Positions 27,116 through 40,125 of a DNA stretch of 64,000 bases are shown here, piece after piece (position 1 is the stretch's first letter; each line of letters starts with the position of its first letter). Both the position numbers and the translations under genes were made by a program. The notes under the pieces were generated by a model. That model worked only from the letters and a program-made list of their open reading frames with translations. It did no database searches and was not told the DNA's origin. The stretch is from positions 115,940,001 to 116,004,000 of the forward strand of contig OX597820.1 in assembly GCA_951406725.2 (NCBI GenBank), read 5' to 3'. This DNA is from Octopus vulgaris. Taxonomy: Eukaryota.

Positions 27116-29156
27116 ACACTAACTGGGCTTTACAGTTAAAGAGATCAAAATAAAAGTTCAAAATTGTTCTCAATTGTTCTAAGCAGAACATCAGCAAGAG
27201 TTTGTGAACTTATAAATCTAAATGGTTTGTAACAGGGATGAAGGTCTCTGGAACACTCGAGGGGTGCCAGTCTTATCCTGTTATATTCAATATATCGAAA
27301 GGGAAACCAAAACTTCGACTATCTTCAACAGCAATAAACAATATTTTTATTTTGTCTCGATTCGCAAATAAAATATATACACATATATTTTCTTCAGGGC
27401 GAACCGGTAGCCAAGGCCATGAAACTATTCACAATAGTTAACTTGTGTGAGCCTAAATGCTGTCTCCATTCCCGTGTAGAAGGGGGCTTCTCTACATTTT
27501 GGGTTTTTCTTGAGAGAACCTTGAGTCATGTCCATTCGATTCGGCTGCAGCTTCGAAAAGACTGATCTAGCAGGAAATCTTTCAGTTGGTAGTTCTCTGC
27601 ACATGTGCATGAGGGAACTTCCGGCGACCTACCAGAAGTAATCCAACTCTGCGCATGAGGAAACTTCCAAAATAGCGTCTTTACAGGTTATTGATTTTCA
27701 TTTAACTTAGGGAAGAGTGGTTTCGTCTATAATCTATATAGACCATTCTTGGCCAATATTGCATATATATTTACCCTGACCAGCAATAAATATGGTGGGT
27801 GGGAGGTTCTTGTGTCAGAGTGAGAAATTTATTAAATTATTCAAATAGTAAAGTTCATCATCGTCATCGTTTAATGTCCGCTTTCCATGCTAGCATGGGT
27901 TGAACGGTTTGACTGAGGGCTGGTGAACCAGATGGCTGCACCAGGCTTCAATCTTGATCTGGCAGAGTTTCTACAGCTGGATGCCCTTCCTAACGCCAAC
28001 TACTCCGAGAGTGTAGCGGACGCTTTTACATGTCACCGGCACAAGGCCAGTCAGGCGGCACTGGCAACGACCTCGCTAGAATCTTTTACACATGCCACCG
28101 GCACAGGTGCCAGTAAGGCAATGCTGGTAATGATCACGTTCAAATGGTGTCTTTTACGTGCCACTGGCATGGAGGCCAGATAGCCGCTCTGGCAATGATC
28201 ATGCTCGATGGTGCTCTTAATACCCTACTAGCACGGAGCTCGAGTGCCAGTAATGCGATGCTGGTAACGATCACGCTCAAATGGTGCCTTTTAAGTGCCA
28301 CTGGCACAGAAGCCGGTTAGCCACTCTGTCAATGGTCACGCTTGTATGGTGCTCTTTGCACCTCGCTTGCATGGACGCCAGTCATCGAATTTGATTTTGA
28401 ATTTTGATATAAAATTATTTAAACTACAGAAAAAAAAAAAATTTGGAAGCACTCGATATTTTGCATCTGTCCCAGTTTGCTATGATCAATGATCTGTTAC
28501 GTGTCCCTGAAATAGAATCTGAGTCACAGAACAGTAACACTGATCCGTTCTATTGAAATAGGATCTGTGATCTGTGTTGTTATTATTGTTTTTTTACATT
28601 TTAACATTATGTTTCATATTCCAAAACTGTGCGACTGATTTTTGTTGGGCAAACAGTGAACCGTTTTGTCTGTGTGTGTTCATAGAATTGTGGTGGTTTT
28701 GTGCGATGGTTGTGGTAGTTGTGGTGGTTGTGAGAATTGTGGATGTTGTTTGGCTTCTTGTCATTCTTGATTCTGCAGAATTATGGTCAAATGTCTTCAA
28801 CAAGACCAACCCATTTTTAGATGTATGTTGGACCACATCTAAAATGTATGATTTGAAAGAAATTTCGGTGTTATTTTTAACAAGTTCACAAACCACGTAG
28901 ATTCTTTTCTTTCAGCTCTTGTAGAATTTTCTAGTAAAGATAAAAACAATACTGACAAACATCTCATCCATGTGCGTGCACGTGCACACATGTGTGTATG
29001 TGTGTGCATGCATGCGTGTTTGTGCATGTGCATACATACATGCACGTGTGTGTGCATGCATGTGTCTGTGTGTGCGTGTGCATGCATGTCTGTGTGTGTG
29101 CATGCGTGTGTGTGTTTGTGCATGTGCACGCATACATGCATGTGTGTGTATGTATG

Positions 29157-29187
<31 letters not shown>

Positions 29188-29190
<3 letters not shown>

Positions 29191-29515
29191 GGCGCATGGC
29201 TTAGTGGTTAGGGCATTCGGCTCACGATCATAAGGTCAGGAGTTCAATTCCCGGTGACGCGTTGTGTCCTTGAGCAAAACACTTTATTTCACGTTGATCC
29301 AGTCCCCTCAGCTGGCAAAAAAATGGGTGGTTCCTGTATCTCAAAGGGCCATCCTTGACTCATTCTGTGCCATGCTGAATCTCCCTGAGAACTACGTTAA
29401 GGGTACACGTGTGTCTGTGGAGTGCTCAGCCACTTGCATGTTAATTTTATGAGCAAGCTGTTCCATTGATCGGATCAGTTGGAACCTTCATCATCATAAC
29501 CGATGGAGTGCTCCC
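29188..29515 (+). mobile_element. tRNA-derived SINE, family D (V-domain-like core)
   Basis: ggcgcatggcttagtggttag...gagttcaattccc head and gtgtccttgagcaaaacacttta core. Related copies at ~9655-9772(-), 37455-37700(-), 54890-55195(+), 63650-63800(-). Confidence 0.75.
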
Positions 29516-32414
29516 ATATATATATATGCGCACAGGTGTGTCAGTGTGGTTAAGAAGTTTGGGACTCAGCCCCACTCTGTAGCGCCTTGAACAAGTGTTT
29601 TCTTTTTCTACTATAGCGATGGGCTGACCAAAGCCTTATGAGTGGATTTGGCAGATGGAAACTGAAAGAAGCTTGTCATATATATGTGTGGGGGGGACGT
29701 GTTGTCTTCTTGTCTTGACATTGGGAAACTACCACCTGTGTCATCTCTTGTGAAAGGTAGAAGAGTCCAGTTTGCTGGACATTGTTGTAGAGCTGAAAAC
29801 GAGGTAATTTCTACTCTTCTCCTCTGGAAGCCATCTGCTTGCGATACCAGAGTGCACACACTACCCTGATGTAATCTCCAGGGATACAGGCATCTAGCAA
29901 CAGAACCTCCGTAATGCTATGATGGACCGTGAAGTCTGGCGTAACATAGTAAATTCCCTTGTCTCGACCACAGTCGAACAATGATGATAATGATGTAAGT
30001 GAGTGTCATTGTTATACAAGCGGTGTTGTTCATTTCCAGTCTTCTGTGAAAACATGTCTGGCCATGAGGGGAATATTACTATACTTGGAAACAAGTGGGG
30101 GTTGGCAACTGGAAGGGGATCCAGCCGTAGAAAATCCACCTCAGTACACTCCATCCGACTCCTACAAACTTGGAAAAGTAAATGTGGAAAGAAAGAAACT
30201 TTAACTGAACATTTCTGCCATCTCTGAAGACCTGTAAAGGCCAGGACACAGTGTTTCCCACCATCCGGCTACACCAAAGCAGTAAATAAAGACATGCATA
30301 GCAAAATGTCTGTCGTAAAAGATTTACCCTGAAGCCCTTTGAGTTGGCAGCCCGATAACATGTTCGTTTAGTCACTTCAGCCATAAGCAAACCCTCTCGA
30401 CACACACACATACCAGCTTAAACATTGGTACCCATTCACAATGTATAGAATGAAACTAGATGTGACAAACTCCCTGTCCACACACACAGATGGACACCAT
30501 TGCTGTTTGGCCCCAGGTCAGTCACGATTCCAGAAGATTTATGATCAAAGCTGTTACAGTTGTTGAGATTTAAAATAGCTAGAATGAGGAATTAGTCAGC
30601 TAAAATATCAAGTCGTAATTCTCTACGACAAAAATTACTTTTCTTCAAAATGTATATAAATATTAAAAATGCTATATGTATATAATAAAATAATGTAGAA
30701 ATTATTTTCTCTTTCTTCACATTCTTCAACTTATTAATGAATGTATTTCTGTAATTATGAAACTGCGCTGTCTGTCTCCCTACTTATTTTGCACCAGTGT
30801 GTAAGCCAACCAATCAAATCAGTGGACACAACAGGGTTAAACTAGCCAAAGATGGTTGTTATCTGAAACGAGATCATTCCTAATGTGTCTCTCAAACAGT
30901 GAGGATATCAATATCGCTACACAGTCATGATTATGTTGCTTTTGGGAGTCTCTTAGATTGCATTATATCATGTGTTTGTTTCAACTTCTTCAAGACAACA
31001 TGGTATAATTTGAGTGATATTTGGGTGCTATTTCTAACTAGGTGAGGAACTCTGTAAAAGCTCACTATTATTATTAGTTTGAGAGGGAAAGGTGGTGTGT
31101 CTAGTTTTTAGAGCGGAGGAAGAGATAACTATGATAGGGATGCAGACGGGTGATTATAAAGGTTTCACTTGAATTTTAACAGAGATTAGTTTTGGATTTA
31201 AAGAGTATGGTGATTAAGATTTGAGTAAATTGTGTGGTATGAATGGAGTGTTGTGACACATGAGTTTCAAGAGAGGAGAAACAAGTGCAAGGAGTAGGTT
31301 TAGATGAAAGTGTGTGTGTGTTACATGGAAAAAGGAAAATTTCTTATTTCTTTATTGCCCACAAGGGGCTAAACATAGAGGGGACAAACAAGGACAGACA
31401 AAGGGATTAAGTTGATTACATTGACCCCAGTGCGTAACTGGTACTTAATTTATTGACCCCGAAAGGATGCAAGGCAAAGTTGACCTCGGTGGAATTTGAA
31501 CTCAGAACATAACGGCAGATGAAATATCACTAAGCATTTTGCCTGGCATGCTAACGTTTCTGCCACCTAGCCACCCTTGGGAAATTTCTGAATGGATTAA
31601 GTATTTGAGTATTCACCTTAATCTAGCAGCTGTTTAAATCTATTGAAAGCATCACAACTACAATTTCCATTGATTTTTTGATTGATTTCGATTTCATTTG
31701 CCTCAATAGGTCTTCGCAAGCAGAGTTTTGTATCCAATGGCTACATCCCAGGTAAAGGCCCCAGGTTATGGTCTCACTTGTCCTGTCAGGTCTTCTCATG
31801 CACAGCATATTTCCAAAGGTCTTGGTCACTAGTCATTGCCTTGGTGAGACCTAACGTTCGAAGGTTGTGCCTCACCACCTTATCCCAGGTTTTCCTGGGC
31901 CTACCTCTTTCACAGGTTCCCTCAACCGCTAGGGTTTCAGAAATGGATATATTGTTCTACATTACCATTTCAAACTACCTGTCTATTCTTAGTAGGTGCT
32001 CTAAGGTCATCTTGAAAATGTTACCTGTAACGAACTAACGTGTCTTCGCAAAGGAAAAACAGGTGTTGGATAGGAAACCTCCAACAAAAAATTATGCTTG
32101 AAATGTTGGACCTCTTTTCTCCTTCATAGTAAACCAATTCATTTCACTTAGTATTTGCCAGCATGGCTTTTTGGTAAGAAATTTGTTTCACAACCACAGG
32201 GTTTTAGGTTCAGTCCCACTGTATGGCACCTTTAGTAAGTGTCTTCTGTTGTTTAGCCCTTGGCCAACCAATGCTTTGTGGGTGGATTCCATTTATGGAA
32301 ATGGATAGGAAACCCATTGTGTGTTACTGTCTCTTTGCCCACACATCACAGGATGGTTGTAAGCAGGTGTCATCATTATGCAAGCAGTGTCCTTCATTCT
32401 CAATCTTCTGAGAC

Positions 32415-32595
32415 ATTTACATTATTTACATTATTTACAATTGACAGATATTTGTCCTCATCTTGTTTGTTGTTTACACAATGTTTCGGCTGATATACCC
32501 TCCAGCCTTCATCAGGTGTCTTGGGGAAATTTCGAACCTGGGTTCTCATTCCTAAAGTATTTTTCGATGTTATTATTATTATTATTGTTAATGTC

Positions 32596-32648
<53 letters not shown>

Positions 32649-32845
32649 GCATACACACACAGACATTAAAATCCGAAGATTATTATTATTATTGTTAATG
32701 TTCAGGTCACTGCTTGGAATTGAACTCGGAATCTTGGGGTTAGTAGCCTGCGCTCTTAACCACAATGCCATATGCTCGTGGGCATATGGCATAGTGGACA
32801 AATATCTGTCGAATGTAAATAATGTAAATAGTGTAAGTAATGTAC
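32415..32845 (-). mobile_element. Composite element: tRNA-like head, hammerhead motif and Penelope-like tail with terminal inversion
   Basis: A/B boxes at ~32715-32775(-); CTGATGA...GAAA at 32475-32520(-); tail inverted at 32796-32845. Confidence 0.7.
32475..32520 (-). ncRNA. Minimal type I hammerhead ribozyme motif
   Basis: gacac-CUGAUGA-a-ggcug(gaggguauau)cagcc-GAAA-ca-UU-gugu. Confidence 0.65.
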
Positions 32846-33779
32846 ATAATTCCTCAGCTTCCGAGACATGTTTGGTGATGGGGGAATATTACTTTACTTG
32901 GAAACAGGTGAAAGTTGACCGCAGGAAAGGTATCTGACTGTAGAATCTCTGCCTCAACAAATTCCGTCTGACCCATACAGGCATGGAAAAGTGGACGTTA
33001 AACAATGATGATGATGATGATTATAATTTACCAATACCAATTATTACTAGTTCCTTAGATTCCTCTGTTTCACTTTGAACTGAAAATAAAAATGAGCTAT
33101 TTTTAACATTTGGCTCAAATTTTATTAGAATTTACATAAATATCACATAGATTTCAGCTAAACATCCTTTGAAGGTATTTTAGACTTGTGTTGTTTTCCT
33201 TCTGAAGATAAAGGATTTTTCAAACCATTTCCTGAGTAAATACATAAAAAAAAAAAAAACAAAAAAAAACTATGTACTAAAATAGCATATAACCAATCGG
33301 CAAAATAGAAGCTTGTAATTAATGCCTTCTAAAGATAAATCAATGTTAAATTGAAAGCTCCTAAATGGTAATATTCTCTGTAGAGTTCTATCATCTATTT
33401 GTACTTTCTTCATCTTTAATCCTTTAAATTTAGCAGCTTCCAATTACAAATTTACTGAAGATATACAAAAATATGGAAATCATAAATAAGCAATAAAGAT
33501 TTTTTTAAAATCCAATAATAAGATATCTTGTAATTTTCATTTTTCTTTGTTTTTTGTGCTCACAGCGTGTTCAATTGTTAATTAGCAACTTAAGTGGTTT
33601 ATCTGGATATCACAGTCTACTCATTCTTTTCTTAATGAATGCAACTGAAACAACCTTAAATTAAAATTACCATATATGGTATCATACTAAATGTATATAT
33701 ACTGTTGGAAGGTATGATGCTGTGGTTTTTGTCTGAGAGAAAATCTCTTCAGAGACATGTGTAAAAAACAAATATATAA

Positions 33780-34214
33780 CAGGTTGTTGTCAACTTATGG
33801 CTGATGGAATTTATGACAATTGGCACGCCAGCTCCTGGCAGCAATAATAAATAGTCCAGTTGAAATCTATTGGGTTTAATTTCTTAGAAATTAACCCATC
33901 TACAGATGATGTCAGCTAACAAACGCTTCCCCTAGGTTTGGTTATCAATTGCCACTGTGGTTATCCCCTGTGTTGGATGACTATCTTGTCACAGAGACAT
34001 CGAGGTAACCTCATATTTGTTTATAAGACAACTGCTTTAGACTCCGAAATATTTGACTAACACCAGTATAATAGTATAATACAGAATGCTGTGTGTAACT
34101 TTTAATGTAGAAATATAAAACAAGGCTATGTAAACCTATAGGCTGACATACAATCAAATTGACTTATGACCAGTCTTTCAGAACCAATTGGGGTCGTAAG
34201 TCGATGACGACCTG
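33780..34214. mobile_element. Tigger/pogo-like MITE
   Basis: Imperfect TIRs caggttgttgtcaacttatg / cgtaagtcgatgacgacctg followed by TA. Confidence 0.65.
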
Positions 34215-34524
34215 TATTACTCCAAGATAAACATTATTACAGCAGTGACTTAGGAGAATGACAGATACATTTTATTCAACTTAAAGTTTTTTAATGACAT
34301 GCACATGCTTGTCACTTGCCAAGACAAAATTTATGCTTCAGTATATGTATTTTATATATATATATATAAAAGTTCATTTTTAATGTAATATATATGTATT
34401 AGAAAAAAACCATCTTTTATCAATTCAATAATGAAAAATTAAATTACACCATCTAGAAAATTTTGTGAAATTTGATTTAGTATTTCTAAATTGAATTTTT
34501 CCCTGTAAGTTTGGAATAATATTC

Positions 34525-35092
34525 CATCATCATCATCATCGTTTCACGTCCACCTTCCATGCTAGCATGGGTTGGACGGTTCGACTGGGGTCTGGGAAGC
34601 CAGGAGGCTGCACCAGGCTCAGTCTGATCTAGCAGTGTTTCTACGGCTAGATGCCCTTCCTTACGCCAACCACTTCGTGAGTGTTGTAGGTGCTTTTTAC
34701 ATGCCACCGGCACAGGTGCCAGGCGAGGCTGGCAATGGCCACGAACAGTTAGTGCTTTTTACGTGCCACCGGCACGGAGGCCAATTGGGGCAGTGCTGGC
34801 AACAGCCACGTTTGGATGATTCTTTTATGTGCCACCGGCACTGGTATCACAACTACAATTTCCATTGATTTTTGAGCGATTTCGATTTCACTTGCCTCGA
34901 TAGGTCTTCGCAAGCAGAGTTTTGTGTCCCAAGAAGGAAAGGTATGCATAAGTGGGCTGGCTACATCCCAGGTAGAGGCCACGGGTTATGGTCTCACTTG
35001 TCCTGCCGGTTCTTCTCATGCACAGCATACTTCCAAGGTCTCGATCACTAGTCATTGCCTCGGTGAGACCTAATGTTTGAAGGTCGTGCTTC
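34525..35092 (-). mobile_element. RTE LINE 3' end (representative of the most abundant repeat, family C)
   Basis: Same 3' UTR as 55861-56790 (ggaagggcatccagc...gacgttaaacgatgatg) with an ORF tail KHDLQTLGLTEAMTSDRDL. Further copies at ~3030-3320(-), 3345-3561(+), 12372, 14510, 16148, 17098, 17920, 18860, 27855-28400, 31640, 36010, 39275, 40205, 49538, 57730, 62752 (-) and 22620-23150, 50550-50930, 59320-59790, 62165-62612, 63400-63566 (+). Confidence 0.85.
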
Positions 35093-35148
<56 letters not shown>

Positions 35149-36676
35149 TACATTAAAAATGAACTTCAATTTTGCTTGCTTGCTAGCAATGTTACACAGC
35201 CAAACCAGCGCATAATGGGAAAATGCTCCGAAAATAACTTAACCCTGAAAGGGAAGAAACTCTAACCTTTCTATTACACATATTGTGATGGGCAAAATAT
35301 TTTAAAATGAAAATTACTTTAAAAATACAGTAAATATTTCGTAAAAGACCTGTTAATAACCCTGGTGTAAAATGGGTTTTTTTCCATAAGTTTCTTTTGA
35401 GTGCATTCAATGTATCTCACCGCCAAAGGATTGGCTGCTATTTCTAGCATGCCCTGCTACCACGTAACAGCTATTTGAGATAAAGTACCTGAAATATCTG
35501 TTATGTGGTAGCTGGGCATGCAAGAAATAGCAGCCAAATCTTTCTTTTTCTGGGGAAAGGAACCATTTACACATGATTTTAATGTCACATTCATTGAAAG
35601 CCTGCGAAATAACTTGGAAAAGAAAAAAACTCACAAAACAAAACTCCGTTGCTGGGAAACTCCTGGTACCTTGAATTCTTGGTGACCCAAACAGGTCACA
35701 GGTAGTCTAGTATACTATTAAAAGTCAGATTGAATCTTGCTTGCTTGCAATGTTACTCAGCCAAACTGGCGCATAATGGGAAAATACTATGAATTAAGTT
35801 TACCCTGAAATGTTAATACGAGCAGAATGAAGCAAGTTTCACGTAAATTGCACAAGTGGTTTTTGAGATACTAAAGGTTTTTGGTGCATAAATGTTCCGA
35901 AAATAATCTTCATCCTGAAAGTGAAGAAATTCTTTTCTTTCTGTTAGACACAGTGAGTTGACAACAAAAAAAATACAATTATTTTTTCACTTTTGTTAAA
36001 CACAATATTTGGATCATTTAGACGATTTGACTGCGGTCTGGCGAACCAGACTCCAATCTGATCTGGCAGAGTTTCTACAGCTGGATGCCCTTCCTAATGC
36101 CAACCACTCCGAGAGTGTAGTGGGTGCTTTTACGTGCCACCAGCACAAGGGCCAGTTTGGTGGTACTGGCAACGGCCACACCCGAACGGTGCTTTTTATG
36201 TGCCACCTGCACAGGAGCCAGTCCAGCAGCACTGGCGACGACCTCGCTCAAATGTGTCCTGTGTCACCAGCACAAGTGCTAGTAAGGCGACGCAGTAACG
36301 ATCACGCTCAAATGATGTGTTTAACGTGCCATAGGCACGATAAGAAATAGTGAATAATACAATCACTGATATTTCAGCAAGCTTGATGAGCTGTAAAAAA
36401 ATTAAGTGAACGCACTTGAAACAACATCAAATTAAAACTGCTATTTGTGCATTATACTAAATGTATATACACCAGTGGATGGGATAATGCTGAGATTTTT
36501 GTGTGAGAGGAAATCTCTTCATAGAAATATTATGTTAAAAACAGTGGTGCAACTTACAGAGAATTTCTGACAGGACTTTTGACAAGAAAATTTATGTTAT
36601 GATTACCAGAATTGGATTAAATGGACATCTTTGAATAATGGTTTTTATTTTTTGTTTTTTCTTTTGTGCATTTCAG

Positions 36677-36812
36677 TTTGTTATATTCCTCTGGTATCTT
36701 GTACCTGCAATGATGAGACGGTGAGCAATGCCAATTCCAGTTGTGCAAGTATTCTTGATGATATGGGTGAAGAGGAAAGGAAAGGTGCAGGTTCTTTCCC
36801 CATAGTCTGTGC
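36677..36812 (+). CDS. Internal exon (V)CYIPLVSCTCNDETVSNANSSCASILDDMGEEERKGAGSFPIVC(A) of a small secreted Cys-rich protein
   Basis: Long U-rich tract then tttcag acceptor, open frame, GC|gtgagt donor (phase 2) matching the next exon; 136 nt. Confidence 0.88.
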
Positions 36813-37248
36813 GTGAGTATAGAGTTTCCCAATATTCATTAATAACACCTGCAGTTAACACCTGCAGACTTAAAATATAACTTTTGGCTATTCCATTTTC
36901 ACTCACAGAAGACTGCTGCAAAATATAACACATAAATTAATAATTAATGAAATTTAGATGATTCTCATGTCGATTCAGAAACAGTCTTCTAATCTTTTCT
37001 TTTGTGGTTTCATCAGAGAAAGAAAGGCAGGACTCAGGAAGTTTTTGCACTTATAAATTAGCCACTGGTGAAATAACAATGATGGTTTTAGAGATCCTAG
37101 AGACACTACATTTTTTCTATATTGTTGTTTCTCTGTGAGTTATTTAATCATCGTATATGCCATATTTTTTACTGGTTTTCTCATTGGACTGTAGCCAGGC
37201 TGGGGCATTGCTTTCAAGGCCATTGGCAATTTTATTGGTCTTGCACTT

Positions 37249-37930
37249 ACCATATATACTCAGTTATAAGTCACACTTTTTTTCTTGAAATTTTCACCTG
37301 AAGTTGGGGGTGCAACTTATAAGCGCATCCTATTTAAAAAAATCTCAAGATATTTTCTAGATACAAGCCATATCTGAAGTTCCAGCACTTGGAATAACCT
37401 AAAAAGATAAAATTTTACATTATAAACAACAGTTTCGAAAATAATAAAATAAATGCACCCTTTCAAAGCCTAGCCAGGCTCATGGGCCCAGTTTCCCAGT
37501 TTCTATGGCGTATGTGTTCCCCAGCAGGACGGGATGCCAGTCCATCGCAGCGTTACTCATTTTTGCCAGCTGAGTGGATTGGAGCAACGTGAAATGAAGT
37601 GTTTTGCTCAAGAACACAACTTGTCACCTGGTCCAGGAATCGAAAGCACAATCTTACAATCATGGTGCTGACACCCTAACCACTAAGCCACATGCCGCCA
37701 CAGTTTCTAAAATGCATGCATTTAATAGGATAACAGTTGTTGTAAGTCGTCTTCAGCTTACTGAACAACTAACCATGTCGGTGCAATTCTTAATCGAACT
37801 TTGCTCTCCAACATCAAAAAAAGTCATTGCGAGTTATTGTTGGGTCAATGGTAAAATTCCCAATTTGAACCTTGTAAGTTGGAAGTGCGTCTTATAGGCG
37901 AGGGATTTTTATAGGCAAGTATATACTATA
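37249..37930. mobile_element. Tc1/mariner-superfamily non-autonomous element carrying a SINE insertion
   Basis: taccatatatactcagttataag at the left and ttataggcaagtatatactata at the right, with subterminal gtgc(a/g)(a/t)cttata motifs. Confidence 0.55.
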
Positions 37931-39028
37931 AGTAGTATTTATTTCACTAAACTTGGATGGATGAAAGAGAAAAACCTAATATCATAAGATATTTTATCCA
38001 ATATTCTACTGACTGTGTTATCCCTTGTCCAATGGGATTTACTCTTTTACTTGCTTCAGTCATTTGACTGTGGCCATGCTGGAGCACCACCTTTAGTTGA
38101 TTCAATTCGACCCCAGGACTTATTCTTTGTAAGCCTAGTACTTATTCACTTTTGCCAAACCGGTAAGCCACAGGGACCTAAACACACCACCATCGGTTGT
38201 CAAGCAATGTTGGGGGTGGGGGGACAAACACAGACACACACACACATACATATATATATATACATATATACGACGGGCTTCTTTCAGTTTCCGTCTACCA
38301 AATCCACTGACATGGCTTTGGTCGGCCTGAGGCTATAGTAGAAGACACTTGCCCAAGGTGCCACACAGTGGGACTGAACTTAGAACCATGTGGTTCGTAA
38401 GCAAGCTACTTACCACACAGCCACTCCTGTGCCTTACCACTCCTTCATTTTTGATTTTGATTTTTTTTTGGCTTCTGTAGCTTCATTTTACTTTTGTTTT
38501 CGTTATGCAGATTAGAAGAATGAGTTTTGGTTTTTTCTCTTGAACAAAATGTAAAATTTATTAGACACAGTCATGGCTGTGCGGTTAAGAAGCTTGGTTT
38601 GGGGTTGAGTTCTACTGCACAGCACCTTGGGCAAGTCTCTCTCGCTATAGAGCCAGGCTGACCAATGCCTTGTTGAGTGAATTTGGTAGACAGAAACTGT
38701 GAAGAAGCTCGTGTGTGTCTCCACCATCTTTGTTCGACAGCTGTTGTTGGTTTGTTTACATATTTGTAACTTAGCGGCTCAGCAAAAGACTGATAGAATA
38801 GGCACTAGATTTCAAGAAAAAGAAAAAGAACTGGGGCAAATTTGTCCAGCTACATCCTTCAATGCAGTGCTCCAGCATGGTTGTAGTTTAGTGACTTAAG
38901 TAAAAAGAAGGCACAAACTTTATAGCCTTTTCTATCATTGTTTTTACATTCAGTTTCTGTCTACTTATGTATTTTGTATTTAGTTTTCAATCTCTTTGTC
39001 TAACAGCAAAATTTTATTATATTTTCAG

Positions 39029-39165
39029 ATATTTCAACGACTATCTTAAATGTATGAACCTCCTCATAAGTGAATGTGACAAAAAGCATCTTTTGAACTT
39101 CAAAAGCTTCAAGGAATTTTACACACGTCCTCCTTATAGATGCCGAATAACTCCTACATACAAAG
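39029..39165 (+). CDS. Internal exon (A)YFNDYLKCMNLLISECDKKHLLNFKSFKEFYTRPPYRCRITPTYK(G)
   Basis: attttcag acceptor; A completes GCA(Ala); AAAG|gtaagt consensus donor (phase 1); 137 nt. Confidence 0.9.
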
Positions 39166-39749
39166 GTAAGTTACTCTTGTTACAATAAAACTTGTCAGAT
39201 GGAACGAAAACACGTTTATGTTTCATTTCTCTTTTAGATATTTTCAAATTTGTCATCTCAAGAATCAATATTGTCATTTAGCGTCTGTTGTCCATACTGG
39301 TATTGGTTGGACGGTTTGACCAGGGCTGGCAAGCTGGAAGGCTGCACCAGGCCTCAGTCTGTTTTGGTATAGTTTCTATGGCTGAATGCCCTTCCTAATG
39401 CCAACCACTCTGAGAGTGTATTGGGTGCTTTTACGTGCCACCAGCTCAGATGCCATTTGCACGACACCAGTATCTGACATGACTGCAGTTTTGATGGGTC
39501 TCCTTCTTAAGCCCGGCATAATGCCAAAGTGAGGTTCAATGCTTGAAAGGTGCTTTTACGTGTCCTTCGTGTGACACCAGTATCTGCCACAACTGCAATT
39601 TTACTTGGTTTAATGGATCTTCTTCTCAAACACAACATAATGCCAAAGATCTTGGTCATTGCTTCTGTGAGGCCCCACACTAGTAGCATCCCTGTACATG
39701 GCTTGTACGGCTCTCACCAACTACTCGTCTATCCTTAGTTTCCACCAGA

Positions 39750-40125
39750 TAAGGGATCGGGGAGACCCTGTCAAAGGCTTTCTCCAAGTCAACAAAAGCC
39801 AAGTACAGAGGTTTATCTTTGGCTGTGTATTTCTCCTGCAGCTGCCTTACCAGAAATATAGCATCAGTGGCACAAGGCCAGACTGCATCTCAACTAGACA
39901 CTTTCTCCCTAATTAGTTGGGCTTTGATTCTCTCTGTAACTTTCATCACCTGATCCAACAATTTGATACCTCAGTAATTATTTCTATCTAAGGCATCACC
40001 TTTACATCTGTAGCAGTTGACTATGGTGCTGCTACACCAGCCATTGGGTATAACTCCTTTATGAAGCACCCAATTTACAATATGAGTGACTAGACCATAA
40101 CCCACACCACCAGATAGAGTTCCAC
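39750..40125 (-). pseudogene. Decayed RTE reverse-transcriptase fragment in intron 3
   Basis: Minus-strand remnants IPNGWCSSTIVNCYRCKGDALDRNNY*GIKLLDQVMKV and AIFLVRQLQEKY...LYLAFVDLEKAFDRV. Confidence 0.85.

Noticed and set aside
28574-28900. Overlapping 100-108 aa ORFs with poly-Val/poly-Thr
   Set aside because: Driven by a GTT/GTG low-complexity run; no recognisable domain or convincing splice sites
29188-29256. tRNA genes (here and at other SINE heads)
   Set aside because: A/B boxes are present but continue into SINE bodies with no complete acceptor stem
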